From an uncultured Methanomassiliicoccales archaeon (GTDB lineage: Archaea; Thermoplasmatota; Thermoplasmata; Methanomassiliicoccales; UBA472): a DNA stretch of 64,000 nt. A model generated the notes under the pieces. That model searched no databases. It saw only the letters and a program-made list of their open reading frames with translations, and was not told the origin of the DNA. The first letter of the stretch is position 1. The number at the start of each line of letters is the position of its first letter. Of the stretch, positions 51,374 to 60,370 are shown piece by piece. The stretch is taken from NCBI GenBank assembly GCA_963695345.1, contig OY968769.1, forward strand, positions 1,600,001 to 1,664,000, in the 5' to 3' direction. Position numbers and translations under genes: made by a program.

Positions 51374-51910
51374 AGGAAGCCTCGGCGTATATCCTGAATG
51401 AGGTCCAGGAGGCCCTGGACAAGGTAGACCAGACAAAGGTGTCCGAGGTCATCGACATGATCCTCTCCGCGAAGAAGATATTCGTATACGGGGTAGGACG
51501 GTCCGGTCTGGTCGGCAAATCTTTCGCGGTTCGCCTGGTCCAGCTGGGGATGGACGTGCATTTCGTCGGTGACATGACCACCCCGATCGTCGAGCAGGGC
51601 GACCTGGTAATTCTCATATCGAACACCGGCGAGACGATGTCGGCGGTGCAGACGGCGAACATCGTCGGGCGCATCGGTTCCAAGATAGTCTCGGTGACAT
51701 CATCGGTACATTCCAAGCTCGGTTCCATCTCCGATGTGGTCCTGGAGATAACACCAGAACAAGGACGAGCAGAGGAAGAGGCTGGCCCCGCTGGGGACGA
51801 TCTTCGAGGTCTCCACCTCCATCCTCCTGGATTCACTGGTCCCGGTGCTCATGCAGCGCCTGTCCCAGACAGAATCGTCAATGAGAAAGCGACACGCTAT
51901 CTGGGTCTGA
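51370..51910 (+). CDS. hxlB: 6-phospho-3-hexuloisomerase (SIS) (frameshift near 51760)
   Basis: GVGRSG and ISNTGET motifs; LAPLGTIFE...RHAIWV* in the shifted frame. Confidence 0.82.
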
Positions 51911-51926
51911 GTCCTTGCCTTTCTGG

Positions 51927-52560
51927 TTATTTGAGCAGCCGCTTGCGCACGCTCTCGCCGTAGTATGGGTTCTGGAACTCGTCCCAGTAGATGGCGAACG
52001 GTCGGTGCAATGACCGGCCGTTCACCACCTTGAAGGTCTCGATCTCCATGTTGACCGGATCGATGACCAAGGCGCTGTGGGACGGCCGGTTGAACATCGA
52101 CACCTGGGTGTCGATATCCGTCTGGGAAAGGAAACAGCCGTGTCCAGGATGGGAATGGTACCATCCCACGATGAGATAGTCGAACCCGCAGTCGTCCAAT
52201 GAGTCGAAAAGTTTCTCGAAGCCCTGCCGATCGAACCTTACCGAGACCAGCGAGGCATCGAGATCGGTGGTCACGACATCCCTGACCAGGACGTACTCAC
52301 TTCCGTTATGCTGGTAAAGGGTGCCGAGCAGCAGCCCCATCACCTCCATGCGGGGGCGAGAGCCGGCTCAGGGCGTGGTTCCTTAGTTTTTCTTCGGCCA
52401 GTTTTGAGATGTAGAGGTCGAATCCTATCTGTTCCGATTCCTTGTAACGTTCCAATGAGGCATTGGTCAGCCATTTATGATGGCCGATGCGCTCCTTCTC
52501 CGGGGGCGCCTTGTTCTGGGCCTTTCTTTCGGTACTGCCGATTATCCTGGGCAAGGTCAC
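51927..52560 (-). CDS. JAMM/MPN+ metalloprotease, Rpn11/CSN5-like (frameshift near 52352)
   Basis: MEVMGLLLG...VGWYHSHPGHGCFLSQTDIDTQ...ALVIDP; the GTG start overlaps the E2 stop. Confidence 0.92.
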
Positions 52561-53061
52561 TTGCGCACCACCTTGGGAAGAGCGGTCGTAACGATCGGAA
52601 GGGTTCTGGTGCCATTGTTGAAAAAGGCAGCCGCCTCGGTGCAGCTGGAGGTGCCGAACGGGCTTTCACCGTTAGGTGCCATCAGCAGCGACTCTATGCC
52701 TTTGACGAAGGTCAGGATGGTCGAATTGAAGCTCCATTCGCTCAGCAGTTTTGTGCAAACATGGCCTCCATCCTCCGGGGCCATGATGTTCGGGTGAAAT
52801 ATCGGCGTCTTCCAGATGACCGCCGGTTTCTCGAACGGGTAGTTCGATGAGATAATGATCCGGAACCGGTGGTTGTATCGGTTGATGACCTTACCACCTT
52901 CTTGGACCGGACCAGGCGTATTGTGGAGCTCAATCTCGAACTCCAGCGGGATATTGCTCCAATTTCCCGTCGGTGGTGTCCAGTGTGGTCTTCAGATATT
53001 TCGAGCATTGGGTTAGTTCATTGCGAAGGCGAGAAATCAGAATGTCCTTCGGCAAGGGCAT
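52557..53061 (-). CDS. UBC-type E2 conjugating enzyme (frameshift near 52960)
   Basis: Manual translation: MPLPKDILISRLRNEL...YPFEKPAVIWKTPIFHPNIMAPEDGGHVCTKLLSEWSFNSTILTFVKGIESLLMAPNGESP. Confidence 0.9.
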
Positions 53062-53303
53062 CAGTTACCGCCCTCGGGATCGGGGATCAGCTCAATCTCG
53101 TCGTTCTCGACGAAGCCCAGATCTCCGATCATCTGTTCGCCCTTGAGGAGTCTCTTGCCTTTGCGAATGACGTAAGCACCCGCATCCTTCTCCCAGTACA
53201 TGGCGATGCTGTCGATGATCTCCTGTACCGAATTGGACGGCTCTAGGTCCATCGCAACGTTCGAACCGGTCTCTGCGTTCTTAATTATGACCCTGACTCC
53301 CAT
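53061..53303 (-). CDS. Ubiquitin-like protein, 80 aa, C-terminal GG-N
   Basis: MGVRVIIKNAETGSNVAMDLEPSNSV...IRKGKRLL...IELIPDPEGGN; aligns by eye to ubiquitin; the stop overlaps the E2 ATG (TGATG). Confidence 0.88.
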   Translation of the reverse strand: MGVRVIIKNAETGSNVAMDLEPSNSVQEIIDSIAMYWEKDAGAYVIRKGKRLLKGEQMIGDLGFVENDEIELIPDPEGGN

Positions 53304-53332
53304 TGTTGCACCATGATCTTGGACGATTTCAG

Positions 53333-53341
53333 ATATAAAAT
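53333..53341 (-). promoter_or_regulatory. Putative internal TATA box upstream of the Ubl gene
   Basis: ATTTTATAT on the minus strand, about 30 nt before the Ubl ATG, in the E1-Ubl spacer. Confidence 0.55.
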
Positions 53342-53392
53342 AGCTTGGCACTAGAGTAATCATATCTGAGAACGACCGCATCAGGTCCAGGA

Positions 53393-54181
53393 TCATCGAT
53401 CTTGGTGCATGGGACATTCCTGGTCCAGCCCGACCTCGAGCTCTTCGGCAGAACCGCTCAGTCCGTCGTAGAACATGACGTTCCTGATGCAATTCCCCTC
53501 CTTGCCGCTGACCAGCTTCAGGGCCTCCCTTACCTGGATGGCCGCCACAACGCTTGTGGTGGTTATCTCGGCGGGCATCTTCGGCTCGAAGTAACTGACA
53601 TCCGACCCAGTGCAGCTGAACCTCTTTTCCATGACCCGGTAATGGGAGCGGTTCATGGCGCATTGGAGGCATGGAGTGGATGGAGGGATCACCACCTGGA
53701 CCTTGCCTCTGAAACCGTTCGTTCCGCCGTCGACGTAGGGGACACGGGCCAGGTACGAATGGGAGTTGACATGCAGCCTGGCGGCGATGTTGTCCAGACA
53801 TCCCAAGACAAGATCGAACGAGCGGAACCGGTCCACATCGTACGTTTCAATTCGAGCGATCGATGGCACAATAACGGTAGTGGGGTCCAGTTCACTTGCC
53901 CTGACGGCAACCACATCCGCCTTCAGCAGTTTCGTCTCCGCATCTCCCTCCCGGAAGAATACGCAACGGTTGAGGTTGGACCTCACCACATGGTCCATAT
54001 CGACCAATTCAATGTTCTTGAATCCGGAAAGCACCAGGTCCTTGACCACCTCGTTCCCAAGTGCTCCGGCCCCCACGACCAGGCATCTCGCCCCCGTTAT
54101 CCGGTCCATATCCAACCAGGAGATCCGGCGGGAGCGCTCAAGGCGGTCCTCATCGAACATGCCCGGTCTCAGGTTCTCCAT
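53393..54181 (-). CDS. E1/ThiF-family ubiquitin-like activating enzyme
   Basis: VVGAGALGNE, DMDHVVRSNLNR, GCLDNIAAR, CLQC, FSCT (candidate catalytic Cys) and C-terminal CPMH; TATA-like element about 27 nt before ATG 54181. Confidence 0.92.
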   Translation of the reverse strand: MENLRPGMFDEDRLERSRRISWLDMDRITGARCLVVGAGALGNEVVKDLVLSGFKNIELVDMDHVVRSNLNRCVFFREGDAETKLLKADVVAVRASELDPTTVIVPSIARIETYDVDRFRSFDLVLGCLDNIAARLHVNSHSYLARVPYVDGGTNGFRGKVQVVIPPSTPCLQCAMNRSHYRVMEKRFSCTGSDVSYFEPKMPAEITTTSVVAAIQVREALKLVSGKEGNCIRNVMFYDGLSGSAEELEVGLDQECPMHQDR

Positions 54182-54640
54182 CGGCCATGCGATTGGTCGG
54201 ATGGATAGATAAAACGATGAGGCCTGATTATGAAGAATGGTCAGATCATCGACGATGTTAGTTGGAGAATCATGCCGATCAAATGAAACGCATCGCATAT
54301 CATCGACAAGACCTTGAGGCCAGAATGCAGAGCGGCCGAATGAGACTCTTCCGAACGAACCTGCCGAGAGGCTGTCGGCAGGTCCGTGAACTGCATCAAA
54401 GTCCAAGAAAACATGAGACCGGGCCTTTAGTCGATGATGCCCTTGGAATGAGATAGATTCCAGGAACATCTTTCTTAGCCCTGGCTGTTCCCCGGTTTTC
54501 ATTCTTCCAATTGTAAAGTGACCACAACTTACCTAGTGTTCTCAAATAACCCTATATATTCAGAGAGGTTAGGCCCGAAACAATAGGACGGGTGTAACCC
54601 TGGCTAGGTGCCGGGACATCCGTCAAGGGATGGAACGGCC

Positions 54641-55782
54641 ATGGCAGTCGCAGACACAACTGAATGGATAATATTCATAGTTAGCATCGCTGGCTCTCCT
54701 GATTCTGGACCTGGCGGTCTTCAACCGAAAGGCCCATGTAATCAAACCAAAAGAGGCGCTGATGCAGGCCGCCTTCTTCATCAGTGCTGCCGTCGTGTTC
54801 AACATCTGGATATACATCTCGATGGGGTCCACGAGCGGGTCTTGAGTTCACCACTGGCTACGTCATGGAGCTCATGCTCAGCGTGGACAACCTGTTCGTC
54901 ATCATCCTGATCCTCACATCCTTCTGCGTTCCAGCGAAGGACCAGCACAAGGTCCTGTTCTGGGGCATCCTGGGCGCTCTGGTGTTCAGGCTGGCCTTCA
55001 TCGTGGTCGGCGTGGCTCTGGTCGAGCAGTTCTCGTTCGTCCTCTATCTCTTCGGCGCTTTCCTGGTATACACCGGCATCAAGATGGTCGTCAAGAGGGA
55101 GAAGGAGTCGGTCGAGCCCGAGCACAATCCCATGGTGCGGTTCTTCCGCCGGTTCATGCACGTGACCAAGGGATACGAGGGCGACAAGTTCTTCGTCCGG
55201 AGACCGAACGCGAAGGGCAGGAAGATCCTCTGGGCCACCCCGATGTTCATCGCTCTGCTGGTGATCGAGAGCACGGACATAGTCTTCGCCGTTGACTCGA
55301 TACCGGCGATCCTCGGAATCACCACCACGACCTTCATCGTCTTCAGCTCCAACGCGTTCGCCATCCTCGGCCTGAGGTCGCTGTATTTCTCGCTGTCGCA
55401 CATCATGAACCTGTTCTGCTACCTGAAGTACGCACTCGCTGGCATCCTGACCTTCGTCGGTGTCAAGATGCTCGTGGTCGACTATGTGCACGTACCGGTG
55501 ATCGTCTCCCTCGCCGTGATCGTCCTGATCCTCGTCGTGGCCATCGTCGCCTCGGTGATGAAGAACAGGCGCACCGGCACCTGCGCAGTGGTCTCTGAGG
55601 TGCAGGGGGAGACCTGTCCGGCCCTGAAACAGCTACAGGACTCTGAGGTGGGAGAGAGCAAGGATGTCGTTCCATCCTTGAATCCTGCCGATGGGTGTGG
55701 GCCAGATGGGAGTGCGGAAGCCTGCCCCTCATTGAAGGAGCTTAGAGAAACCGAGGAGAAGTATCACCCACGTGACAAGTGA
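54641..55782 (+). CDS. TerC/Alx family membrane protein (two frameshifts near 54693 and 54830)
   Basis: LSVDNLFV, KVLFWGILGA, DIVFAVDSIPA and SNAFAILGLRSLY motifs. Confidence 0.88.
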
Positions 55783-55937
55783 TCTGCGTTCGGGGTCATT
55801 CCATTGTCCTGACTGATTGGGCGTTCCTGTCGATAGGTTAGGTGATTCAGAAGTCTGACCACCTCGACATCATTTTTCTATCGGTTTCGCGCAATCCTTT
55901 TTACCCTCCGAACCATTCTCCGCCCGCTGGTAGGCAA

Positions 55938-57059
55938 ATGGAAAAGGACTTCAAGGTCACCCCCTGGGAAGTGACGGGCGACATCGATTACGACGAGCTT
56001 ATCGTCCGCTTCGGCACGAAGCGCATCGACGATGACATGCTAGCCCGGCTCTCGAAGTACGGCGAGCTGCACCCGATGCTGAAACGCGGCATCGTCTACT
56101 CGCAGCGGGACCTGGAATGGATACTGAACGAGTACGACAAGGGCAACAAGTTCTTCCTCTACACCGGGCGTGGACCGTCCGGGCACACCCATCTCGGCCA
56201 TCTGATGCCCTGGATGTTCACCAAGTACCTGCAGGACACCTTCGGCTCGAACCTCTATTTCCAGATGACCGACGACGAGAAGTACCTGTTCAACGAGAAC
56301 CTCCAGCTGGAGGACACGAGGAGGATGGCCTACGAGAACGCCCTCGATGTCATCGCCCTCGGGTTCGATATCAACAAGACCAAGATCATGGTGGACACCG
56401 AGGTCATCAAGACGCTCTACCCGCTGGCGCTCAAGGTCGCCAAGCGCATCACCTTCTCCACCGCCAAGGCGGCGTTCGGCTTCGATAACAGTACCAACAT
56501 CGGTTCCATCTACTACACCGCCATGCAGGCCGCGCCGTGCTTCATCGAGAACGCGCTGTACGGTAAGAACACGCCCTGCCTGATCCCCTGTGGCATCGAC
56601 CAGGATCCGCACTTCCGGCTCACCAGGGATGTAGCGCCGCTCTTGGGCTACTACAAGCCAGCGCTGATCCATAACAAGATGTTTCCCGGGCTGACCGGTA
56701 GTGACAAGATGTCGTCATCCCAGCCTAATTCGACCATTTACACCACCGACAACGCCAAGGCGATAAAGAAGAAGGTCGGCACGGCGTTCACCGGCGGGGC
56801 GGTCTCGGTCGAGGAGCAGCGCAAGACCGGCGGCAAGCCCGAGGTCTGCTCCGTGTTCAAGTACCAGTACTATCTGTTCGAAAAGAACGACAAGGCCATG
56901 GACGACCTCTCGGAGAAGTGCCGCAAGGGAGAGATCCTGTGCGGCGAGTGCAAGATGATGCTGGCTGATAAGATCGTCAAGTTCCTCGAGGTCCACCAGC
57001 AGAAGCGCGAGGAAGCGAAGGATAAGATCGAGGACTTCATGATGAAGGCACCATGTTGA
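55938..57059 (+). CDS. trpS: Tryptophanyl-tRNA synthetase (archaeal type)
   Basis: VTPW, YTGRGPS..HLGH, DQDPHFR and KMSSS motifs. Confidence 0.96.
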   Translation: MEKDFKVTPWEVTGDIDYDELIVRFGTKRIDDDMLARLSKYGELHPMLKRGIVYSQRDLEWILNEYDKGNKFFLYTGRGPSGHTHLGHLMPWMFTKYLQDTFGSNLYFQMTDDEKYLFNENLQLEDTRRMAYENALDVIALGFDINKTKIMVDTEVIKTLYPLALKVAKRITFSTAKAAFGFDNSTNIGSIYYTAMQAAPCFIENALYGKNTPCLIPCGIDQDPHFRLTRDVAPLLGYYKPALIHNKMFPGLTGSDKMSSSQPNSTIYTTDNAKAIKKKVGTAFTGGAVSVEEQRKTGGKPEVCSVFKYQYYLFEKNDKAMDDLSEKCRKGEILCGECKMMLADKIVKFLEVHQQKREEAKDKIEDFMMKAPC

Positions 57060-57433
57060 ACCTGGAACCGATCGGCTATGTCCGCAACGACATCGAGGCG
57101 AGCACGGACTTCTCCGATGTATTCTCAGAGATAGTCATCCGGGAGGATCTGACCGAGGGGCTATACCGCCTCGAGGAGTCAAAGGACATTGACATAATCT
57201 TCTGGTTCGACCGGAGCCTCCCGGTACGTATGAAGCTGCACCCGAAGGGCAACCCCAGGAATCCGCTGGTCGGGGTGTTCGCCTCGCGCAGCCCCAACCG
57301 CCCGAACCCCATCGGTGTGACCAGGGTGCAACTGATCGCGATAATGGGCAACATTCTGACCGTCAAAGGCCTGGACGCGTTCAACGGTACTCCGGTACTC
57401 GATATCAAGCCGGCAACAAACGGCCGGCAATAG
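57053..57433 (+). CDS. tsaA: TrmO/TsaA-like tRNA methyltransferase
   Basis: GVFASRSPNRPNPIG and GLDAFNGTPVLDIKP motifs. Confidence 0.88.
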   Translation: MLNLEPIGYVRNDIEASTDFSDVFSEIVIREDLTEGLYRLEESKDIDIIFWFDRSLPVRMKLHPKGNPRNPLVGVFASRSPNRPNPIGVTRVQLIAIMGNILTVKGLDAFNGTPVLDIKPATNGRQ

Positions 57434-57472
57434 ACAAACTGTCAAATAGAGAGGAGTTTTTTCCTCTCGCAT

Positions 57473-58994
57473 ATGAACGCCAAGGAGATCCTCGAAGGCC
57501 TGAGCTACCAAGAGAAACGGGTGCTGCTCACGCTGAACCAGCTGAACGGCAACGCATCGCCGGAAAGGATCTTCGAGGCCGGCCAGTTCGAACAGCTGGT
57601 CGAGGTCATGAACGCCTCCTCGTGGCTCCAGGCAAAAGGCCTGGTCACGGTCAAGGAGAGCGCCAGGAAATGCTACTCGCTCAAGGCCAAGGACATTAAC
57701 GCGGTCGGACTTCCGGAGCGCCGGGCGCTTGAACCACCTGGCAACGGTCAACGGGACCGCCTCATTGAAGGAACTCGAGGCCCACATCACGCCTGAGGTG
57801 TCATCGCTGGCCGTCGGCTGGCTGAAGCGGAAGGGGCTGGCCAACATCGACAAGTCGTCTGGGCAGCCGACGATCACGTTGACAGAGCTGGGAAGGAAGC
57901 ATATCACCGGCGACATGGCCGACGAGATGCTCCTCAAGATTCTGGAGGAACGCGACCTCTTCGAGGACGAGGCGGACAAGAACATCATCGCCCAGCTCAA
58001 GTCCAGACAGGACATCATATCTGAGAAGCTGGTCATCTCCAGGGAGCTGATCATGGCCGAGGCGGGCAAGGAAGTGATATCGCTCGGCATCGAGCTCACC
58101 CAGGAGGTCGCCCAGCTCACCCCGGAAATGATTCAGTCCGGCAAGTGGAAAGAGGTCCAGTTCCGGAAATACGATATCCGGACATTCGCCTCCGCCGTCT
58201 ACCCGGCCAAGAAGCATCCCCTCACCCGCATAGCGGACGAGGTGCGCCGCATCTTCATTGAGATGGGATTCAACGAGATCGACGACGAGTACGTTCAGCC
58301 GGCGTTCTGGAACATGGACGCGCTGTTCACTCCGCAGGACCACCCGGCCCGCGACCTCCAGGATACATTCTATCTGAAGAACCCATCCAGGCTTGACCTG
58401 GACGAGGAAATGGTGGTGGAAAAGGTCAAGCAGATGCATGAGAACGGCGGCGATACCGGCTCTCTCGGCTGGCGCTACAAGTGGTCCCGGAACGAGGCGG
58501 AAAGGGCGCTGCTCAGGACCCACACCACGGTCAACTCGGTCCGTTACCTGGCCAAGCATCCGGAACCGCCGGCCAAGCTGTTCTCCATAAGCCGCATCTT
58601 CCGGAACGAATCGATCGACATGACCCACCTTCCGGAGTTCGTCCAGATCGAGGGCATCATCATGGAGGAGGATGCCAGCTTCGACATGCTGGTCGCCGTC
58701 CTCAAGGACTTCTACCACAGGATGGGCTTCGACACGGTGCGCGTAAGACCGGGTCCGTTCCCGTATACCGAACCGTCGCTCGAGGTGGACATCTACTACA
58801 ACGGCACATGGATGGAGCTCGGCGGCGCCGGAGTTTTCCGCCCAGAGGTCACCGCTCCCCTAGGGATCCACCATCCGGTACTGGCATGGGGTCTAGGCTT
58901 CGAGCGGCTGGCAATGCTCCGCTACGGCCTGAAGGATATCCGGGAGCTTTACGCCACGGACATGGACACGCTGAGGCAGAGCCCTATCATTTGA
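57473..58994 (+). CDS. pheS: Phenylalanyl-tRNA synthetase alpha subunit (frameshift near 57730)
   Basis: QDHPARDLQDTF, LRTHTT, FPYTEPS and GLGFERLAM motifs. Confidence 0.93.
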
Positions 58995-60252
58995 GCTTGG
59001 CCTTCTTGACGTACTCGGCCGACTTGTCGGCCATGCCGATGGACTGGTAGGCCTCGGACATGCATCGGTAGATACGGCTTTTGTCCCCCGGCCTTGCCAA
59101 TCCCAGGGCCTTGCTCAGGTACCGGATGGCCTCGTGGCCGTTTCCCGATCGGTTCAAGACGCTTCCCAATTGGAAATAGACCATTTCCAGATTCTCCGGG
59201 TCCATGCCCTTGAGGCCGTTTGCCACGATCTTGTCGAGGCACTGACGGGCCTCCTCGAACCGTCTTAACCTGGTCAGCGCCTCCGAATAATCGCACTCCA
59301 GTTTCGGGTCGGTCAGCGGAGTCATCGATCTTGCCGCTAGGTATGCGGCTATGCTTTCCTCCAGATCGCCCCGGTCCATCAGGGTGCGGGCTTTCAGGCA
59401 CACTCCCGCCCTTCTGTCAGCCTCTTCGGTCATGCCCATCAGCTTGTTTGCCGATGCCAGCGCCTTGTCGAATTGCATCGACCCGCGTGCCGCCTCCCCC
59501 TGTGCGGAGTATACACGGGACGCGTACCGTTCCGCTGGGGCGGTGATGACGGAAACGAGGTCGTACAGGTCCTTGTCCGGACTGGTCAGCAGTTCCGGGC
59601 CCTTCGAGGCGACCATCATCTCCGCCTCCTTTACCCGGCCTGAATGCACCAGATGGTATAGCCTTTCGCGGTTGTTGCCTTCCTTCAGCCAATAGTCGGC
59701 GGCAAAACTATGGTATTGCCTGAGCTCCGAATTTTGGGCCAGCACTGGTATGGACGTCCGCAGGGTTTCCGGGATGTCCACCATGCCGTTCTTGTCCTCG
59801 GGCAGCAATGAGATGCTGGTCACAGGTAACGATGACCGTTTGAACGGTGATCTGAACACGCACGCTTGGGCGAGGATCGGACGGAATCCCGGGTCCAGGG
59901 ATTCCCACAGCTCAGGTCCCAGGCACTTCTTAAGGTCCAGGAGGGGTCTTATCTGGATGCCTTCCCTGTCGGCGTAGGCTCGAAGGCTGTTCGCCTTGTC
60001 CTCTCCTGGCCTGTTGAGGTAGTACACCTTCCTCTTGGTGTTGCCCCTGCGGATGTGGGCGATCCTTTCGTCCACCAGTGCCGATTCCTTCAGCTTCTTC
60101 AGTTCGATGGCGGCGTGCGCCCTCGATATGCGTAGGGCTTCGGCGATGCCGTCCTGGCTTACATCAACGGGCGCGTCGAAGTCATCCTTGAACTTTGAAT
60201 ACTGAGCAAGATGGAGGATTATCCTCTCGCCGATTGTGACAGGGCTCGGCAT
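58987..60252 (-). CDS. N-terminal wHTH plus TPR repeat protein
   Basis: SQDGIAEALRISRAHAAIELKKL HTH; C-terminal TPR-like helices (YFQLGSVL..AIRYLSKAL). Confidence 0.75.
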   Translation of the reverse strand: MPSPVTIGERIILHLAQYSKFKDDFDAPVDVSQDGIAEALRISRAHAAIELKKLKESALVDERIAHIRRGNTKRKVYYLNRPGEDKANSLRAYADREGIQIRPLLDLKKCLGPELWESLDPGFRPILAQACVFRSPFKRSSLPVTSISLLPEDKNGMVDIPETLRTSIPVLAQNSELRQYHSFAADYWLKEGNNRERLYHLVHSGRVKEAEMMVASKGPELLTSPDKDLYDLVSVITAPAERYASRVYSAQGEAARGSMQFDKALASANKLMGMTEEADRRAGVCLKARTLMDRGDLEESIAAYLAARSMTPLTDPKLECDYSEALTRLRRFEEARQCLDKIVANGLKGMDPENLEMVYFQLGSVLNRSGNGHEAIRYLSKALGLARPGDKSRIYRCMSEAYQSIGMADKSAEYVKKAKLK

Positions 60253-60370
60253 GTTAATCGAATTCGAAAAATGTTATTTCAGCCTATGTCGCTGATTATT
60301 ACATTAAGACTACAAGTCCGCCCCATCGGATTAGAAAGGTTATTCTCGGAGGAACGTTTGATGTCTCCTC

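Noticed and set aside
53061-54181. E1+Ubl as an ordinary ThiF/ThiS or MoeB/MoaD sulfur-transfer pair
   Set aside because: A coupled UBC E2, a ubiquitin-like primary sequence and the absence of adjacent thi/moa/thiolation genes argue against it
53061-54502. Long ORF versions of the Ubl (246 aa) and E1 (369 aa)
   Set aside because: The Ubl extension overlaps E1 in another frame and the E1 extension runs through promoter/intergenic sequence; TATA positions support starts at 53303 and 54181
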